DNA from: the human T2T-CHM13v2.0 reference genome, Homo sapiens
Strand: one strand, 5' to 3'
NCBI RefSeq assembly: GCF_009914755.1
Contig: NC_060944.1
Length of the DNA stretch: 64,000 nt
Part shown: one piece after another, positions 1-15,057 of the stretch
How positions within the stretch are numbered: position 1 is the stretch's first letter
Layout of the letters: each line of letters starts with the position of its first letter
Notes under the pieces: generated by a model
What the model was told of the DNA's origin: nothing
Databases searched by the model: none
What the model saw: the letters and a program-made list of their open reading frames with translations, nothing else
Translations under genes and position numbers: made by a program

Positions 1-792
1 TAAGACCTGTAGGAGGTAAGGGAGGGTGCCACACGGCTACACAGAACAAGAGCCGTATGCACAGAGAAGACAGCAAGTGCAAAGGCCCTGAGGCAGCAGT
101 GTGCTCAAAAAACTTTACATATATTAATACAAACATATGTACATATGCATATTTAAATTTCTGTTCCTGTTTAGCATGCAACTTAGTGCCTGGCTCATGG
201 TAGATCCTTAAAAAATTATTTCTGGGTGAGTGAAGGGGTAGGTGGATGAAGACAGAATGGTGCTGAGGAACCCAGATAACTTTAGGGAGATATTGGTTCT
301 GAATCCTTAGTAAAGTTTCCTTCACTTCCCCCTGCCTCATTTTCTACATTTGCATCGTACTGATGACAATAATTTCCTTACTGCGTTGTTGTGGAGAATA
401 AAGAGATCATGCTCATGCAGTCCTTGCCACAGTAACCCTGGTTTGTTTGTAGGAACCACTTGAGAAATATTACCTATTATTCCTTATGATTCAAGGGAAA
501 AATGGATTTGAATTGATTGTATCCTGTCTCTGGGAAGGGGTGGTGGGGAGTTCCCCTGAATAGAGGAAAATTTTTCTTTTAAAATGCACATGCATTTTTC
601 AGAAACTGATGCTCTAATCTCATTGTTTCCAAGGAGAGGTGAAACCACCACCCTACGCTACAAGCTGGGCTGTCAGCTGCTCTCACTTCCTGCACCTCCT
701 CTGCCCTGGGCATGACAAGACCTCATTTTCAGTTTCAGTCTCACCGGTTCCAACCCGGGGCTGACGGGTTTTGATTCATTTCATCCAAACCA

Positions 793-1399
<607 letters not shown>

Positions 1400-2562
1400 T
1401 GAAATAAATTCATTTTAAAAGGATGACTTAAGCCAGTTCCAGAAATGAAACGTTATGACTTTGATGGTCTTGTTGTGATTCTAATGTACATAAAATTAAT
1501 TTGCAATGATTTCAATCAAAGAGGGAGTATTTATAGACTCCCTAAAATCATCGCAGTCTGGGACTTGCAGCCTCATTCCTTTCTGTCCTCAGTGGCACCT
1601 CCCGCAAGAGACAAAGGGCTTGCTCATGGTCACAGAGCCTCTCAGTGACAGTCAGAATTGGGGCACCCACTTCTGGATGCCTAGTGTGGTGTCTTTCCAG
1701 CTGTCCCTGTCCCTAGTATGGGAGTGATTTAAATCACCCACACAAGGAAGATGAACTGATACAGTTTACAGACATTTACCTTTATAGCAGAGACCTGCCT
1801 GGAGACATCTCGCTGGCACTACAAATTGTCTCATCTCACTGGGGGATCCCTTAGAAGCCGGCCCCTGGGGTCCAATTAGGCAACATAACAGCCGTTGCTG
1901 CTTTCAGAATCATTAGCTTCTTAATCCTCCCAGTGAGAGGTGAAAAAAGTGTGAACATTCAAATTGTGCTCATGGATTTAAGTGGCTTAACCAAGGGCCC
2001 CCAGGAGAGTGGAAGCTAATAATAGCTCCTCTGTGCTGAGCACTTAACCATTTGCCAGGTACCTGCCCCATCTGCATATGTGCAAGATATTGCCCCAATT
2101 TGCAGATGAGAAAACTGAGACTCAGAGGGAAGAGGTGAAGGACACAAGGTCTCATGGCTGTATTGCAGCACAGCCAAGATTTAAATTTGGATCTGACCCC
2201 TTAAGCCTATCTGTTTTCTTTGGAAAGAACATCAACAAATTATGAGAATGGGTTGTAGATTTGGCCTACGGTAGGTGCATGATAAACACTTGTTGACTGC
2301 GTGAATGAATGAAACATGGTGTGTATCCTCGGGTAAGTTGCTTCACACAGTCACTCACATACACAATTGCACATAAGTATGCACTCAGTATGCACAGACT
2401 GAAGCTTTAATTTCCTCTCTTAAAACTGGATCTTTTGCTTTGCACATTTATATTGTCTTTGTGGCCCCAATATGCACTTGAGTTTGTGTCTTCTGGAATG
2501 GAGATTTCTTTTTATGAACCCCAAATTGTGATAATGCTTAGTGATGTGTAGTTTTGTATTAG

Positions 2563-2705
2563 CCAGTGGTCTAAACTCTTACTCCTCAAAGTGTGGTTTG
2601 TGAACCTGCAGCGTCAGCATCACCTGGAGGCTTCCTTGACCAACAATCAGAACCTGTGTTTTAACAAGATCCCCAGGTGAATCCTGGTTCCAGGTGCACT
2701 GGTCT
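2563..2705. mobile_element. MER5A-like hAT-Charlie relic
   Basis: ctcaaagtgtggt...cagcatcacctgg...ttttaacaagatccccaggtga. Confidence 0.7.
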
Positions 2706-2844
2706 CAAATGTCCATTGCTTCCTTTGCACCTCGTTATAATTGCAGTTAAGTACTCATTTGTGTGATTGTTTGTCATCCATCTCACTCACTAGACAGGAG
2801 GCTTCGGGTCCATAAAGACAGGGACCCTGACTGCCTTGGCTCAC

Positions 2845-3523
2845 TGTATTAGTCCGTTCTCGCACTGCCATAAAAAAATACCTGAAACTGGGTAATTTTA
2901 AAGAAAAGAGATTTAATTGGCTTACAGTTCTGCAGGCTGTACAGGAAGCCTGGCTCAGGAGGCCTCAGGAAACTTACAGTCATGGTGGAAGGCGAAGGGG
3001 AAGCAGGCACATTTTCCATGGCTGGAGCAGGAGGAAGAGAGGGGGGTGGCAAGTGCGAAACTCGGTCTCAAAAAAAAAAAAGAACAAATTAGTACCAAGT
3101 GGCAGTAGAGGTGGTCTGAATATACGCCAGAAAGTGGCTCGAGACTATGACATTTGTGAGCTACTGCCATCAGTGGAAGCTCTTTACCTGTGGAGGCCAC
3201 GATGGGATTAATAGCACCCTTTCCCCCCACAAAGCGGGATTTCTGTTCCGCACAGGTAGAGGTTGTTCTGGGTGTGAACGGCTACAAAAGCCTTAAAGGT
3301 GAGAAGGATGAAGCTGACATGTGGTTCCCCAGGCCAGCACCTGGGCAAAGGTCTGGGCAGCTCAGCCCAGAGAACTCACTAACGTGAGAACATGATAAAA
3401 CTTACTCACTATCATGAGAACAGGATAGAACTTACTATCATGAGAACATGAAGCCAGGGGAAAATACACCCCCATGCTTCAGTCACCTCCCACCAGGCCC
3501 CTCCTCCAACACTGGGGATTACA
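2845..3523 (-). mobile_element. MaLR solo LTR (MST-type), interrupted by the inverted copy
   Basis: tgtattagtccgttctcgcactgc...aggaaacttacagtcatggtggaaggcgaagggg; 5-bp TSD ctcac on both sides. Confidence 0.88.
3049..3367. repeat. Inverted copy of 793-1112 inserted in an MST LTR
   Basis: Includes the poly-A and last ~20 nt of the Alu at 1079 plus unique flank, and interrupts the MST sequence. Confidence 0.95.
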
Positions 3524-3756
3524 CTCACTGTTGTAACCCAGTTCTGAACTCATGCCTGGCAATGAATGAATGAGCTCAGCTGATCCCTCTCTCCTCACCC
3601 ATAGGAAGCTTGGGAAGTAGAGGAGGCTCAGAGTTTACAATTCAGAAGGAAATAGAGGAGGCACTCTACCCTCCCTACTTGGCAGCCAGCTGGCCCGTTA
3701 TGCATCAGCCACAGCCCCTTCATCCTGTGGGTTCATTCTCAAGCCCTGGGGGAGGA

Positions 3757-4868
3757 TGAAGAAGGGGCAAAGCTCAGAGTAAACAGATTTGGTTCTGTTG
3801 GGCGCCAGGTCATTAGAGCTGCTTTCACTACCAGCAAAGTGGACCTAAGTTGCCATCAATGACTCCTCCATTGACCTTGACCTCATAGCCTACATGGTCC
3901 AATATGAATCCATCACGGCAAGTTCAAGGGCAGCAACAAGGTTGAGAACAGAAAGCTATGATCAGTGGGAAGTCCACCTCCATCTGCCAGACACCAGATC
4001 CCAAAGAGGGCATTGCTGCCTTCATCACCCTAGAGATGCTTGGAGCTCATCTGAAGAATGGCATCAAAGGGGCATCATTCTGTCCCTTGTGCTGATGGTC
4101 TGTGTTTGAGATGAGGGTGACCTACTCCCTTTAGATTTCCAGCATGCCATCTGCTTGTTCCCCCAGAAGGGTCTATGACAACCATGGCATCATAAAAGTA
4201 CTCATGACCACTGCCTGTGCCCTCTCTGCCCATCTGGCAAGCTGTGGTGCGATGGCCATGGGACTGTTCAGAGTGTATTCAGTGGCACTGCCAAGGCTGT
4301 GGCAAGGTCATTCCTGAGCTGAACAGGAAGCTTGCTGACACAGCCTCCTATGTCCCCACCCTCAGTGTGTCTGTCCAGGATCTGATCTGCCATCTAGAAA
4401 AAGCTGTTGAGCACAGTGACATCAAGAAAATGTGATGCGGGCACCTGGGGGGTCATTGAAAGAAATTCCGGGCTACACTGAAGACCACGTTGTCGCTTGC
4501 AACTGTAACAGTGATGCCCACTTCTCCACCTGTCACACTGGGGCTGGCATTGCCCACAACCACCAGTTGGTCAAGCCTACTTCCTGGTACTGTGATGATG
4601 TTTGGCTACAACAACTGCAGGGTGGACTTCCTGGTCCACATGACCTCTGAGGACTAAGGGCTCTGGACCACCAGCAAGTGCATAAGAAGAAGAAAGGCGT
4701 TCTCTGCTCTTGGGCAGTCCCTGCCCACCTCTGTGCCAAAGCAGAGAATCTCCACCCTTGACAGTGTCCCATCCAAGGCTCCCAGAGGAGGGAAGGAGCT
4801 TAGAGAGCCCTGCCTTATCATGTGTGTTTATGATAAGGATTATCAATGAAGTCCACACCACCCTAACC
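3757..4868 (+). pseudogene. Processed, heavily decayed GAPDH pseudogene in an EYA2 intron
   Basis: Intronless similarity to GAPDH mRNA, from gagtaaacagatttgg (cf. GVNGFG) and gttgccatcaatgac to caaggctgtggcaaggtcattcctgagctgaac (KVIPELN), ggctacactgaagacca and a 3'UTR-like end. Many frameshifts, stops and internal deletions. Confidence 0.92.
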
Positions 4869-5914
4869 ATGGAGAAAGGAAGCAGAAAGGGAGGCAGAAG
4901 ATCACTCTACATAGAGTTTAATACACTCACTCTCCAGTTTCTCAATTCCTCCAGGTGTCCTGGGATGAAAAGGTTAAATGCGATTGATACCAGCAGAAAA
5001 CAGAAAAAAGCCTGTGTTTTTTCAAAAATCACACAATTGCCAAAGGAAAATCTCTTTGCACTTACAAATGCCTGTTTCTCGCTTGCACAGTCTTCCTGAG
5101 GTTGCTGGGGTGGGAAAGGGAGAGTATTTACAGGTCTGCGTAGTGGGGGAGGGGAACCTGTCTGCTGGGGAAGGCAGGTTGCTCAATTCAGAGGAACTGG
5201 GTGGAAGCTTGAAAAGGAGCTGGGTGAGGCAAACATGCAAATCATGCCATGGAGATTGGCAGAAAAGACGCTTGCCTCCAATTTATGGAATGCCAAGTTA
5301 ATTCGAGCCCATAGGAATGTTGTTCCCATAGATTTAGATTTTTATGAATATATACATATTTATGAAAGAAAACATTTAAAGTGTTTAATTCAGTAACTTA
5401 TGCAGTACTAAATGCACTCAAGTCATGGGCTTTTACGAGGAATGAGATTGTGGCTGCTTCAGAATGAGACAGTTCATTCTTGAGCCCTGTGGGAGGATGA
5501 AGAAGGAGTGATGGGGTACAGGACACCCCGCCTAGGAGCAAACCCAGGGTAGGGAAATCAGCATTGAGTGAGCACCTACTGTGTGCCAGGGGCTTTCCTT
5601 GACATTCGGCTACTGTTGTTCCATCCTTTTCTTTGAATGTGATACATGATGCGAAATATATTTCTGCATTGTTGAATGCACGTGCATGCACACACAACAC
5701 ATTCTCACACCTGGACCTGCAACAAAAGGGTTACACAATTCCTTCTTACTATGGGCAATACCTGCTGCCATCGTATATCATAAAATAGGCAATTCTCCTT
5801 TTCTTAATTCCAGTTATGACTCTCTAAATGAACTTCAAGACCACCACCCCCGCCCCAACCCCAGTGGTTTGGGACTTGAACAGAATTTGGCTCAGCCAGG
5901 GGGAGGGCATTAAG

Positions 5915-6600
5915 AGTGTTGACCTTGGACTCACACAGCTTTTGGGTTCAAGTCCCAGTTCCCTTGCCCACGGTTGTGTGACTTGAACAAGGCACTTGAC
6001 CTTCGGAGCCCCGGTTTCTTCATCTGTACAACGGGGTTAATGGCATCGCGTGCTCAGAGCGCTGTTGTGAGGACTCAATGAGAGCCTGTCTATAAGCAGT
6101 TAACAAGGGCCTGGCACATAGTCAACCTCTAAGTGAATGCCAGCTGCTCTTATGACAATGACTGTCATCGTCAGCTGTAGTGTCATGGTTGAGAAGACAG
6201 ACTCTGGAGCCAGACCACCTGGGTTCAGATCACAGATCCACACCGTACTTCCTGTGTGGCCCTGGGTGAGTTACTTAAGCTCTCTGTGCCTACAGCTGTT
6301 CATCTGAGGATGAGAATAGAACCTTTCTCACAGGGTACTTATGAGGATTAAAATAATTAATCCAGGTAAAGAATTTAGAAGAGAGCTTGGCACGTAATAA
6401 GCACTGGGTAAATGATGGCTATCAGCATCATCTCATTTAATCCTTTCCTGTCCTTGCAAGATAAGTATTTTCATCCTCATTGCACAGGGGGGAGCCCTGA
6501 GGCCCAGAGATCTAGGAACTTGCCTGAAGTCTCATAACTAGGAAGTGGCAGAGTTGCAAGTGCACGTTGGTCTCCTGAGCCTCCAGCGCAGAGGCTGAGG
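5915..6600. mobile_element. Cluster of three MIR elements
   Basis: MIR core motifs (tgtgtgacttgaacaagg, ggtttcttcatctgta, gttgtgaggactcaatgag, gagttacttaagctctctgtgcct). Confidence 0.75.
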
Positions 6601-7601
6601 CAGGCTCAGAGCTCCACAGCCTTAGGTTGTGATGATGACGCAGCCACTGCCCTACAGAACAGGGAGTGGGCATTGGCAGGTTGACGCTGTTCCCATCAGT
6701 AGACACATTATCTAGAATTTGTCCAGGACTCTGCAGTGAGGACATTGAGTTGCATTGTTCAAGATGACGGAGCACAAAAGTACTTCCCAGTGAACTGTCC
6801 CTATGTAAAATTATCCCCGGGCAAACGTCTCTCCCAGCTTAACTCTGTCACCTTTTCGTCACCCCCTGCATATCGCCTCCCATCGATGATTGGACATTGT
6901 GTGCTGAGTGATTGGGTGTTAGGTACTTGCATCAGGAGCCCAGGTGTCATCCATCTCTCTGCTCCACCACCCTAGATGGAGCTTAGGAGATGATCGAAGT
7001 GGTTCCTTCCCCTAAAGTGTTGGGGCCAGCTGCACCTGCACTCCATGGACTGGAAGTGAGGAGGCAGGGGAGGAACATCAAAGCCATGTCATTAGAAGAA
7101 GGGAAATGGAGGTTGGATGAGCAAAGCCAGCCTGTGTCTGCCATTCTGGGGTTCTTGGGGATTGCTTTTGAGGCAGGGAAGGGAGCGGTTTTCCATCCAG
7201 GAGTGGAAATGGCACCAGCTTGATTCACTTCCTAGTTGTGCTGCTGCCTGGTCATGTGACTTGGCTCAAGCACATTCTTTCTGTCTCTTTGGCCTCAGTT
7301 TCTCCATCTGTACAATGGATGGAGAAATGGACTCTACTCTGATGTTTCAAGGTGCTATGGATTCTTTAGATGTCATTTTTCCTTAACTGCACAGAGACGA
7401 AGTGCACCCAGAAAGGGCTCCGAACTCCTCAAGAAGAAGAGTGCTGAGATGTGGCGCCTCAGATAAGCATCTGTGATGGAGAAAGCCGCGGGCAGCACCC
7501 CTCCAAGTCTGCTCCTGCTTAAGTGGTGTCTGAAGTCACCACCTCTGCAGAACATCACCCTAATCGCTAAAACTCTTCCAATTTTTCTTTTTCTCCTGCA
7601 G

Positions 7602-7647
7602 GCATCACCAAATCGGCCCCCCTGAGAGTGTCCCAGCTCTTCTCCAG
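7602..7647 (+). CDS. EYA2: EYA2 coding exon (probable exon 3), 46 nt, phase 1 to 2
   Basis: Polypyrimidine tract + cag acceptor (ttttctttttctcctgcag) and gtgagt donor. Translates (G)ITKSAPLRVSQLFS(R), matching the remembered human EYA2 N-terminus, and splices in frame to the next exon. Confidence 0.95.
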
Positions 7648-7934
7648 GTGAGTGCCATTCACTTGTCTCCTGCTCACATGCCCACCTTTTCGTCTTTCTT
7701 GGAAGGTAGAGGTTAAGAGAGAGGGCCCTGGAGCCAGATTCCCTGGATAGGAATCCCAGCCGTAGCACTTCCTAGCTGAGTGAGCTTGAGCAAGTCACTC
7801 CACCTCCCTGGGCCTGAGCCCTCCCATCTGGGAGCGGGGGACAGTCATGCTGCCTGCCCCCACGAAACCAGCAAAAGCAGGTAAAACACACTTAGAATGG
7901 GGCCTGGAGCAGAGTGTCCTCAGAGTCTTAGCTA

Positions 7935-8855
<921 letters not shown>

Positions 8856-10289
8856 TTTCTTCCTCCTCTACCATTCACACATCACTCCTCAGTACCTAAC
8901 CCCACACTGAGCCCTAGAAACTCAGAGATGGATGAGATGCAGTCTCTGCCCCCGGAGAGCTAGTCCATATTGATGGATGAGACACCTTCCAGGACTGGGG
9001 CTGACATCTCCAGCTCAAATGAGTTTCTTATGCATTTTGCAGCAGGTTCCCCCAAATAACCCTTTATCGTGGCAGTAGTCTAAAAGAAAGAAGGGCATAG
9101 GGACATCTGTTTATAATTCCATAAACTTTTGCATTCACCTGCTATGAGGCCTCAGGTGGAAGAGGAACTCTGGAAGCAAACAGGCTTTAGCAAAAGTGAT
9201 GTAACCAAAATGGAATCAGATACAGATTGGGGAATCTCATCAACATTTACCTGTACGCTTAACCCAGTTGTGACAGTTAGAAACATGATAGTTGTGGTGT
9301 CTGGGGGAGGGTGGCATAGTGGAGGGGTTGAGGGTGTGGCCTCTGGAGCCAGGGTTCAAATTCTCTATCTGCTGTATGCTTGTGGCGTGTTATTAAGTCT
9401 CTCTCTGCCTCTGTTTTCTTACCTGTAAAATGGGGATAGAAACAAAAATTACCTCCAAGGCTTATCACAGTTGTGGTGGAGTTTAAATGAGCCAATTCAC
9501 ATGAAGTAAATAGGACAGTGCCTGGCACGTAGGCATGAGAATTGACTACCTTTACCACTAAGGGAAGTGGCCCTTGTAGGCATTGTTGCAGACAGGATGT
9601 GATTCGGTCTCAAGAGGTGGCTGCTGCTCAAATCCAGCTGATAGCACCACACAGGCGTGCAGACCCAGGTACGCTGAAGCACCTGCTTTTCAGGAGAAGG
9701 AAGACAAAGCGAGTGTGTTTATGTGCATGCCTGCATGTGTGTGTGTATCTGTGCACGTAACCTCCTGGTTTTCAAATTTTAACAACAATTTCAAATTAGG
9801 AAAAAAAATAACTTCACTGGTCAAAGAAATTATATCCATGGATCTGTGGATTGGATGTGGCCCCTGGGCCACCATTTTGCTCCCTTTGTGTTAGAACAAC
9901 TGACCTTGACTTTATTTATTGCTATCTGCAGGGCTGGATGAATCCTAGTCCTGTGAGGAATAGCAGATTCATGGTTCCAAGCATGGGCTCTGGAGTCAGA
10001 CTCCTTCATTTAAGCTCTATATTTACCACTTTGTAGCTGTGTTTTCAGCTCTCTGAGTTTTGGTTTCCTCATCTCTAAACCAGGAGAGATAAGAGCCTCC
10101 ACCCCAGAGATTTGATAAGAGCATCCATGAGATATAATGTACATACCAGGTGCATGTGACACAATTCCCAACCCTTAGTAAAAAACACAATGCTTGGCAG
10201 CACCCATAGTATAAATATCTTAAGTAAGGAGCCCTGTACATCCTAGCCCATTATAGAACCTGTTGTTCTCCATGGAGTAGAGAAGTCAT

Positions 10290-11010
10290 TTGTGGTCTTT
10301 GGTTGCAAGCAACAGAAATCAACTCTGGCTGATATAAGTCTAAAAGCATTTTTGGGGGAATATCTGGAATAGCTCACAACATAAATGAAATAATCAGGCC
10401 TCGAGAGAGATTAAGAATGGGACAGATTCAGGATTCAAGCAATATGGAGGATTTAAATTCCCAGGGCAGAATCTGATTGGATGATCTTGCATCATGTCCC
10501 CACCCCTTAGCTAAGAGCAGGACATCTTGATTGACAGCCCTGTTAAAGCTGCAGTCAATTGAGAAGGTATCTAAATTAGGACAATCGGGGTAGGATAGGC
10601 TATGCTACAGTAATCAGTAAACCTCGACATCTCAGTGGCTTCACACAACAAAGGTTTGTTTCTTACTCACATAAAGTCCAGTGTGGATGAGGTGAAACCC
10701 TGCAAGGCAGCTCTCTCTCCTCCACAAGCTGACTCAGGGATCCAGGGTGTTTCCGTATCATGGCTCTGTCATCTCAACCTGTGCCCTCCACAGTTGCTAT
10801 CAAAAGAGGAGAAAGGACAGGAGGGTTGCGGGGGATGTGTTCATTGGCCAGGCCTGCGAGTGGCTTACAGCATATCTGCTTACATTCTACGGGGCTGAAC
10901 CCAGTCACACGGCTGAATCTGACTGCACAGGAGACAGAAAATGTAATCTTCCTGCTTCCCAGGCAGAGGAAAATAAAATGGGATTTGGTGAACATGTATG
11001 TTGTCTCTGC
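10290..11010. mobile_element. Old MaLR (MLT1-type) LTR fragments
   Basis: ggttgcaagcaacagaaatcaactctggctg and ctcagtggcttcacacaacaaaggtttgtttcttactcac patterns; subfamily uncertain. Confidence 0.55.
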
Positions 11011-11118
11011 TCTGGAAAGAGTAGAACCCCAAAGAAAAATGGGGGTGTTGATATCAAGATAAGGAAGAAGGGGTGCCAGACTGGGCCTGGAGATTTAATC
11101 TTCCCTCTTTCCACACAG

Positions 11119-11261
11119 ATCTTGCCCACGTGTCCTCCCCCGCCAGCCTTCCACAGCCATGGCAGCCTACGGCCAGACGCAGTACAGTGCGGGGATCCAG
11201 CAGGCTACCCCCTATACAGCTTACCCACCTCCAGCACAAGCCTATGGAATCCCTTCCTACA
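11119..11261 (+). CDS. EYA2: EYA2 coding exon (probable exon 4), 143 nt, phase 2 to 1
   Basis: Acceptor ttccctctttccacacag, donor gtgagt. Translates [47 protein letters not shown], containing the EYA-family MAAYGQTQY motif. Confidence 0.97.
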
Positions 11262-13104
11262 GTGAGTAGTAAACAAGTCCTTACTCTCCTCCTCAGGTCC
11301 CCAAATCATGGTCTTTGTTCTGCACTATTGTCTCAGCTAAATGTGGATTAATAGACACAACCAAGCTGATTTTGGATTAGAGATAAAGGGAAAAGAGTAA
11401 CACTTTAAATATGGTTCAAATTCTATAGCCTATAATATCAAGATCCCTTTTGATGGCAAGAATTGGAAATTGAACCCAAGCTGGTTTAGGGAAAATTGGG
11501 ACTGAATGATTTGCATACCGAGAGATCTGTGGATACAGCTGTCATCAGGTATGACTGGATCTAGGTGCTAAAGCGTCATCGTGAGGTGTAAGTCTCTTTC
11601 CATCTTCAGATGCTCCCAGCAAGTTCTCCCTGCATGGCAGCAAAGATGGTGCCTGTCCACTCAAGGTTTGCATCCTTTTATCTCTGCATGCCCAGTGGAA
11701 AGAGAGCTCATCTTTCCCAGAAGTTCCAACAGAATCCCATATTGGCCCTCATTGGCCCAAGTTGGGCCATGTGGCAATGCTTATAGCAAGGCAAGGAGAA
11801 CAGGGTGTTGGAGATAAGGAAGCTGAAGCCTATGGATTATCTTTGAAGGAGGGGTGGTTTTCTTAAAGGAAAACAGAGTGGTAGTATCAGAAGAAGGAGA
11901 AATGGATGTGGTGGAGGACGGGGCAGAAACAACAGACCTCCAGCCCTTGACTGTTCACATCTTACAGCTAAGAACTGAAGACTTGCGAACCTGGCTCACC
12001 ATCCATGCCCACCTGCCCTTGCCTCTGGCCTTGAGTCATGCTATTCCCTCGCCTCCTAGCTGATATCTTAACCAAAGCCCTTTTAGTAGCAAGTGACAAA
12101 AACCCAAGCTAATCAGCTGGAGGAAACAGGGGAATTTATTGCCTATGTAGCTGGAAAAACCTAGGGCACTGGCTTCAGGCAGGCCTGGGTCCAGGTCCTC
12201 AAGGTATAATATCAGGACTCAGCCTCTGCTTCCCTTTCTGTGGGCCTCAGGCTCAGGCAGGCTCTCCCACTGTGGTGGCAAAGACAGCCCTGGCAGTTTC
12301 AGGCTGCAGTGTCCCCCAAAAAGAGAGCCCCTCCTGTCTAGGACTTCCTGCAGAGTCCCAGGAATTTCTCTACTGGACTCCCACATCCATCCAAGAAGAT
12401 AGGTGCTGTGGGTGGCCATATTTGGCCACATGTCCACCCGCAGGACCAGGGGTCAGGTCAGCCTCACCCAAAACAACTGATCTGAAGGTGAGGCAGGGGT
12501 GGTTCACAAAGGAGAAGGAGGCAGGAAGAAACTACAGATAGCCACTCCACGTGACTTTACAGCCCACCCAAATCCGGGCTATCCAGTGGAAAGGACGTAG
12601 CGTTGGTGGCAGGGACCTGCCTGCCTGACTTCGCTGCCCCTGACCTCTCCAGGCCTCAGTTTCCTCAATTGTAAAATTGATATGCTCGTTTCATCTTCCC
12701 ACCTAGAGGGGTCCTGCTTGAGTTGAGTGCAGAGGCTGACTCTTACATTTCTTTCCTCCCTCCTCTTCCTCCATACCTCTGCCCTGTTTGTTTGTTCATT
12801 CATTCATTCATTTATTCATTCATTCAACATTGAGTCATGTGTGGGGCAGACAGTGGTCAACAAAGCAGAGCGGGCCCTGTCTTCATGGAGATTACTGCCT
12901 AAAACCGATGATCAGGCAGCACTAGACTCACAGTTTTGGTATCAGGGGTCAGTGGCTCTATGTGGACAAAAGCCCTGCAGACATTTCCTTTTAGCTTTAG
13001 TTTGCCACAGTCCTCACCCAGCCCACGTTACTCCCTTGAATTATCTGCCTTTTCCATGAAGACACTTGAGTTTGCAAACTCTGGCCTAGAGATAGAAAAA
13101 AAAG

Positions 13105-13407
<303 letters not shown>

Positions 13408-13789
13408 CCAGATTTTTAAATCTGTATGTGTAATTTCAAATTAGGATGCACGGCATAAAGGAAGCAAAGACTTGTTTTAGGTTCTAGGGATGGGAAAGGC
13501 CTTTTAAATAAGGAGCGAAATTCAGCTGAGAACTGAGAGATAGCCATGTGCAGGCACAGACAGGAGAGCATCCAGGCAGAGGGGCAGGCCCTGGGAATGG
13601 GGAGGAACTTGGCAATTCTGAGAAGACTAATGGCTGGAGCACAATGGGAGATGAGGTGAATGAGGTGGGCGGGGCCTCCGAGGCCCAGGAAAGATTTGGG
13701 GTTCTGTTCCACGTGAGACTGGAAGCCACTAGAGGGTTTATAAGCAGTGGGTAATAGGATGCAACTTAGGTGGGTTTTTTTTAATTTTA

Positions 13790-14111
<322 letters not shown>

Positions 14112-14702
14112 TAAAGATCACACTGGCTGCTGTGGTGAGGCTGGCTCAGAGGGGATCAGGAGGAGAAGCAGGAAGGCCCGTTGGGAGACGGATGAAGCCT
14201 GGAGCAGGAAATGTTGGAGGCCTGGGGCAAGGCCATGGCAGCGGACAGACACATGTAGACAGAATCAAGAGCAACTCTAGAGGCAGAATTGACAGGTCCT
14301 GTCGAGGCATCAGTCCAGGCTTAGTAATAGTCACCATCGTTGACTTCCTGTCACTCACATTGGTTTATTTCCACTAATTCCTTTAATCCCCACCTCAACC
14401 CTACGAGGAAGGTCATCTCATTATCCTCCCTTGAGCGATAAAGAAACAGAGACTCAGAGAGGTTAAATAACTTACCCAAGGTCACCCAGCTGGTTGGTGG
14501 CAGAGGTGGAATTAAGCCCAGGCAGCCTGGCTCTGGACCCCGAGCCCTCACCCACGGGGCTCCGACGCCTGGCTGTGCATTCTGTAAATCCCGGGGGATT
14601 ACCTATGACAGACCTTGGCCAACAGGTGTGGGCATCTTTTCTAACTTTTTTCCCCTGCTGTGCTAGAAGGCTTAGAATACAATCACACATAAGTTACCCC
14701 GC

Positions 14703-14717
14703 TTGGCTGACAGCCAA
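14703..14717. promoter_or_regulatory. Perfect palindromic NFI full site TTGGC-N5-GCCAA
   Basis: cTTGGCtgacaGCCAAg in non-repeat sequence. Motif match only; no binding evidence. Confidence 0.5.
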
Positions 14718-15057
14718 GAAAAATGAAGCCATATTCTTTTTCACATAAAAGAGAAAACTAGCCCTGTTCCCAGACAAAACATGGCATCAGATGGAAATCA
14801 ATTTGGTGCAAAGTTATTTTACTGTCTCAGTTACTTTTGGAGCGTCTGCTCCTGGATGATACAGAGTAGATGATAAGAGCACATGTCCTGGAATTCTGCT
14901 GCCCAGATTCACATCCCACCCTTGCCTGTTGCAGGCTGCAAGACCCTGAGGGAGCAGCCTCCCCTCCCTAAACCTCTGTTTTCACATTCATACAATGGGA
15001 GTAATACTAAGTCTACCCCTCTCATGATTGCTGGGAGGATTAAATGAGATCATCTAC

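Noticed and set aside
1724-1737. Perfect 14-bp palindrome gtgatttaaatcac
   Set aside because: A few palindromes of this length are expected by chance in 64 kb, and there is no supporting context.
3368-3460. Short spaced repeats superficially like a CRISPR array
   Set aside because: Eukaryotic LTR context, degenerate units and no unique spacers.
3894-4650. ORFs with GAPDH-like peptides
   Set aside because: Fragments of a frameshifted pseudogene, not a functional retrogene.
10747-11351. 172-aa and 92-aa ORFs overlapping the second exon
   Set aside because: Wrong frames relative to EYA2 and partly LTR-derived; the real frame is defined by splicing.
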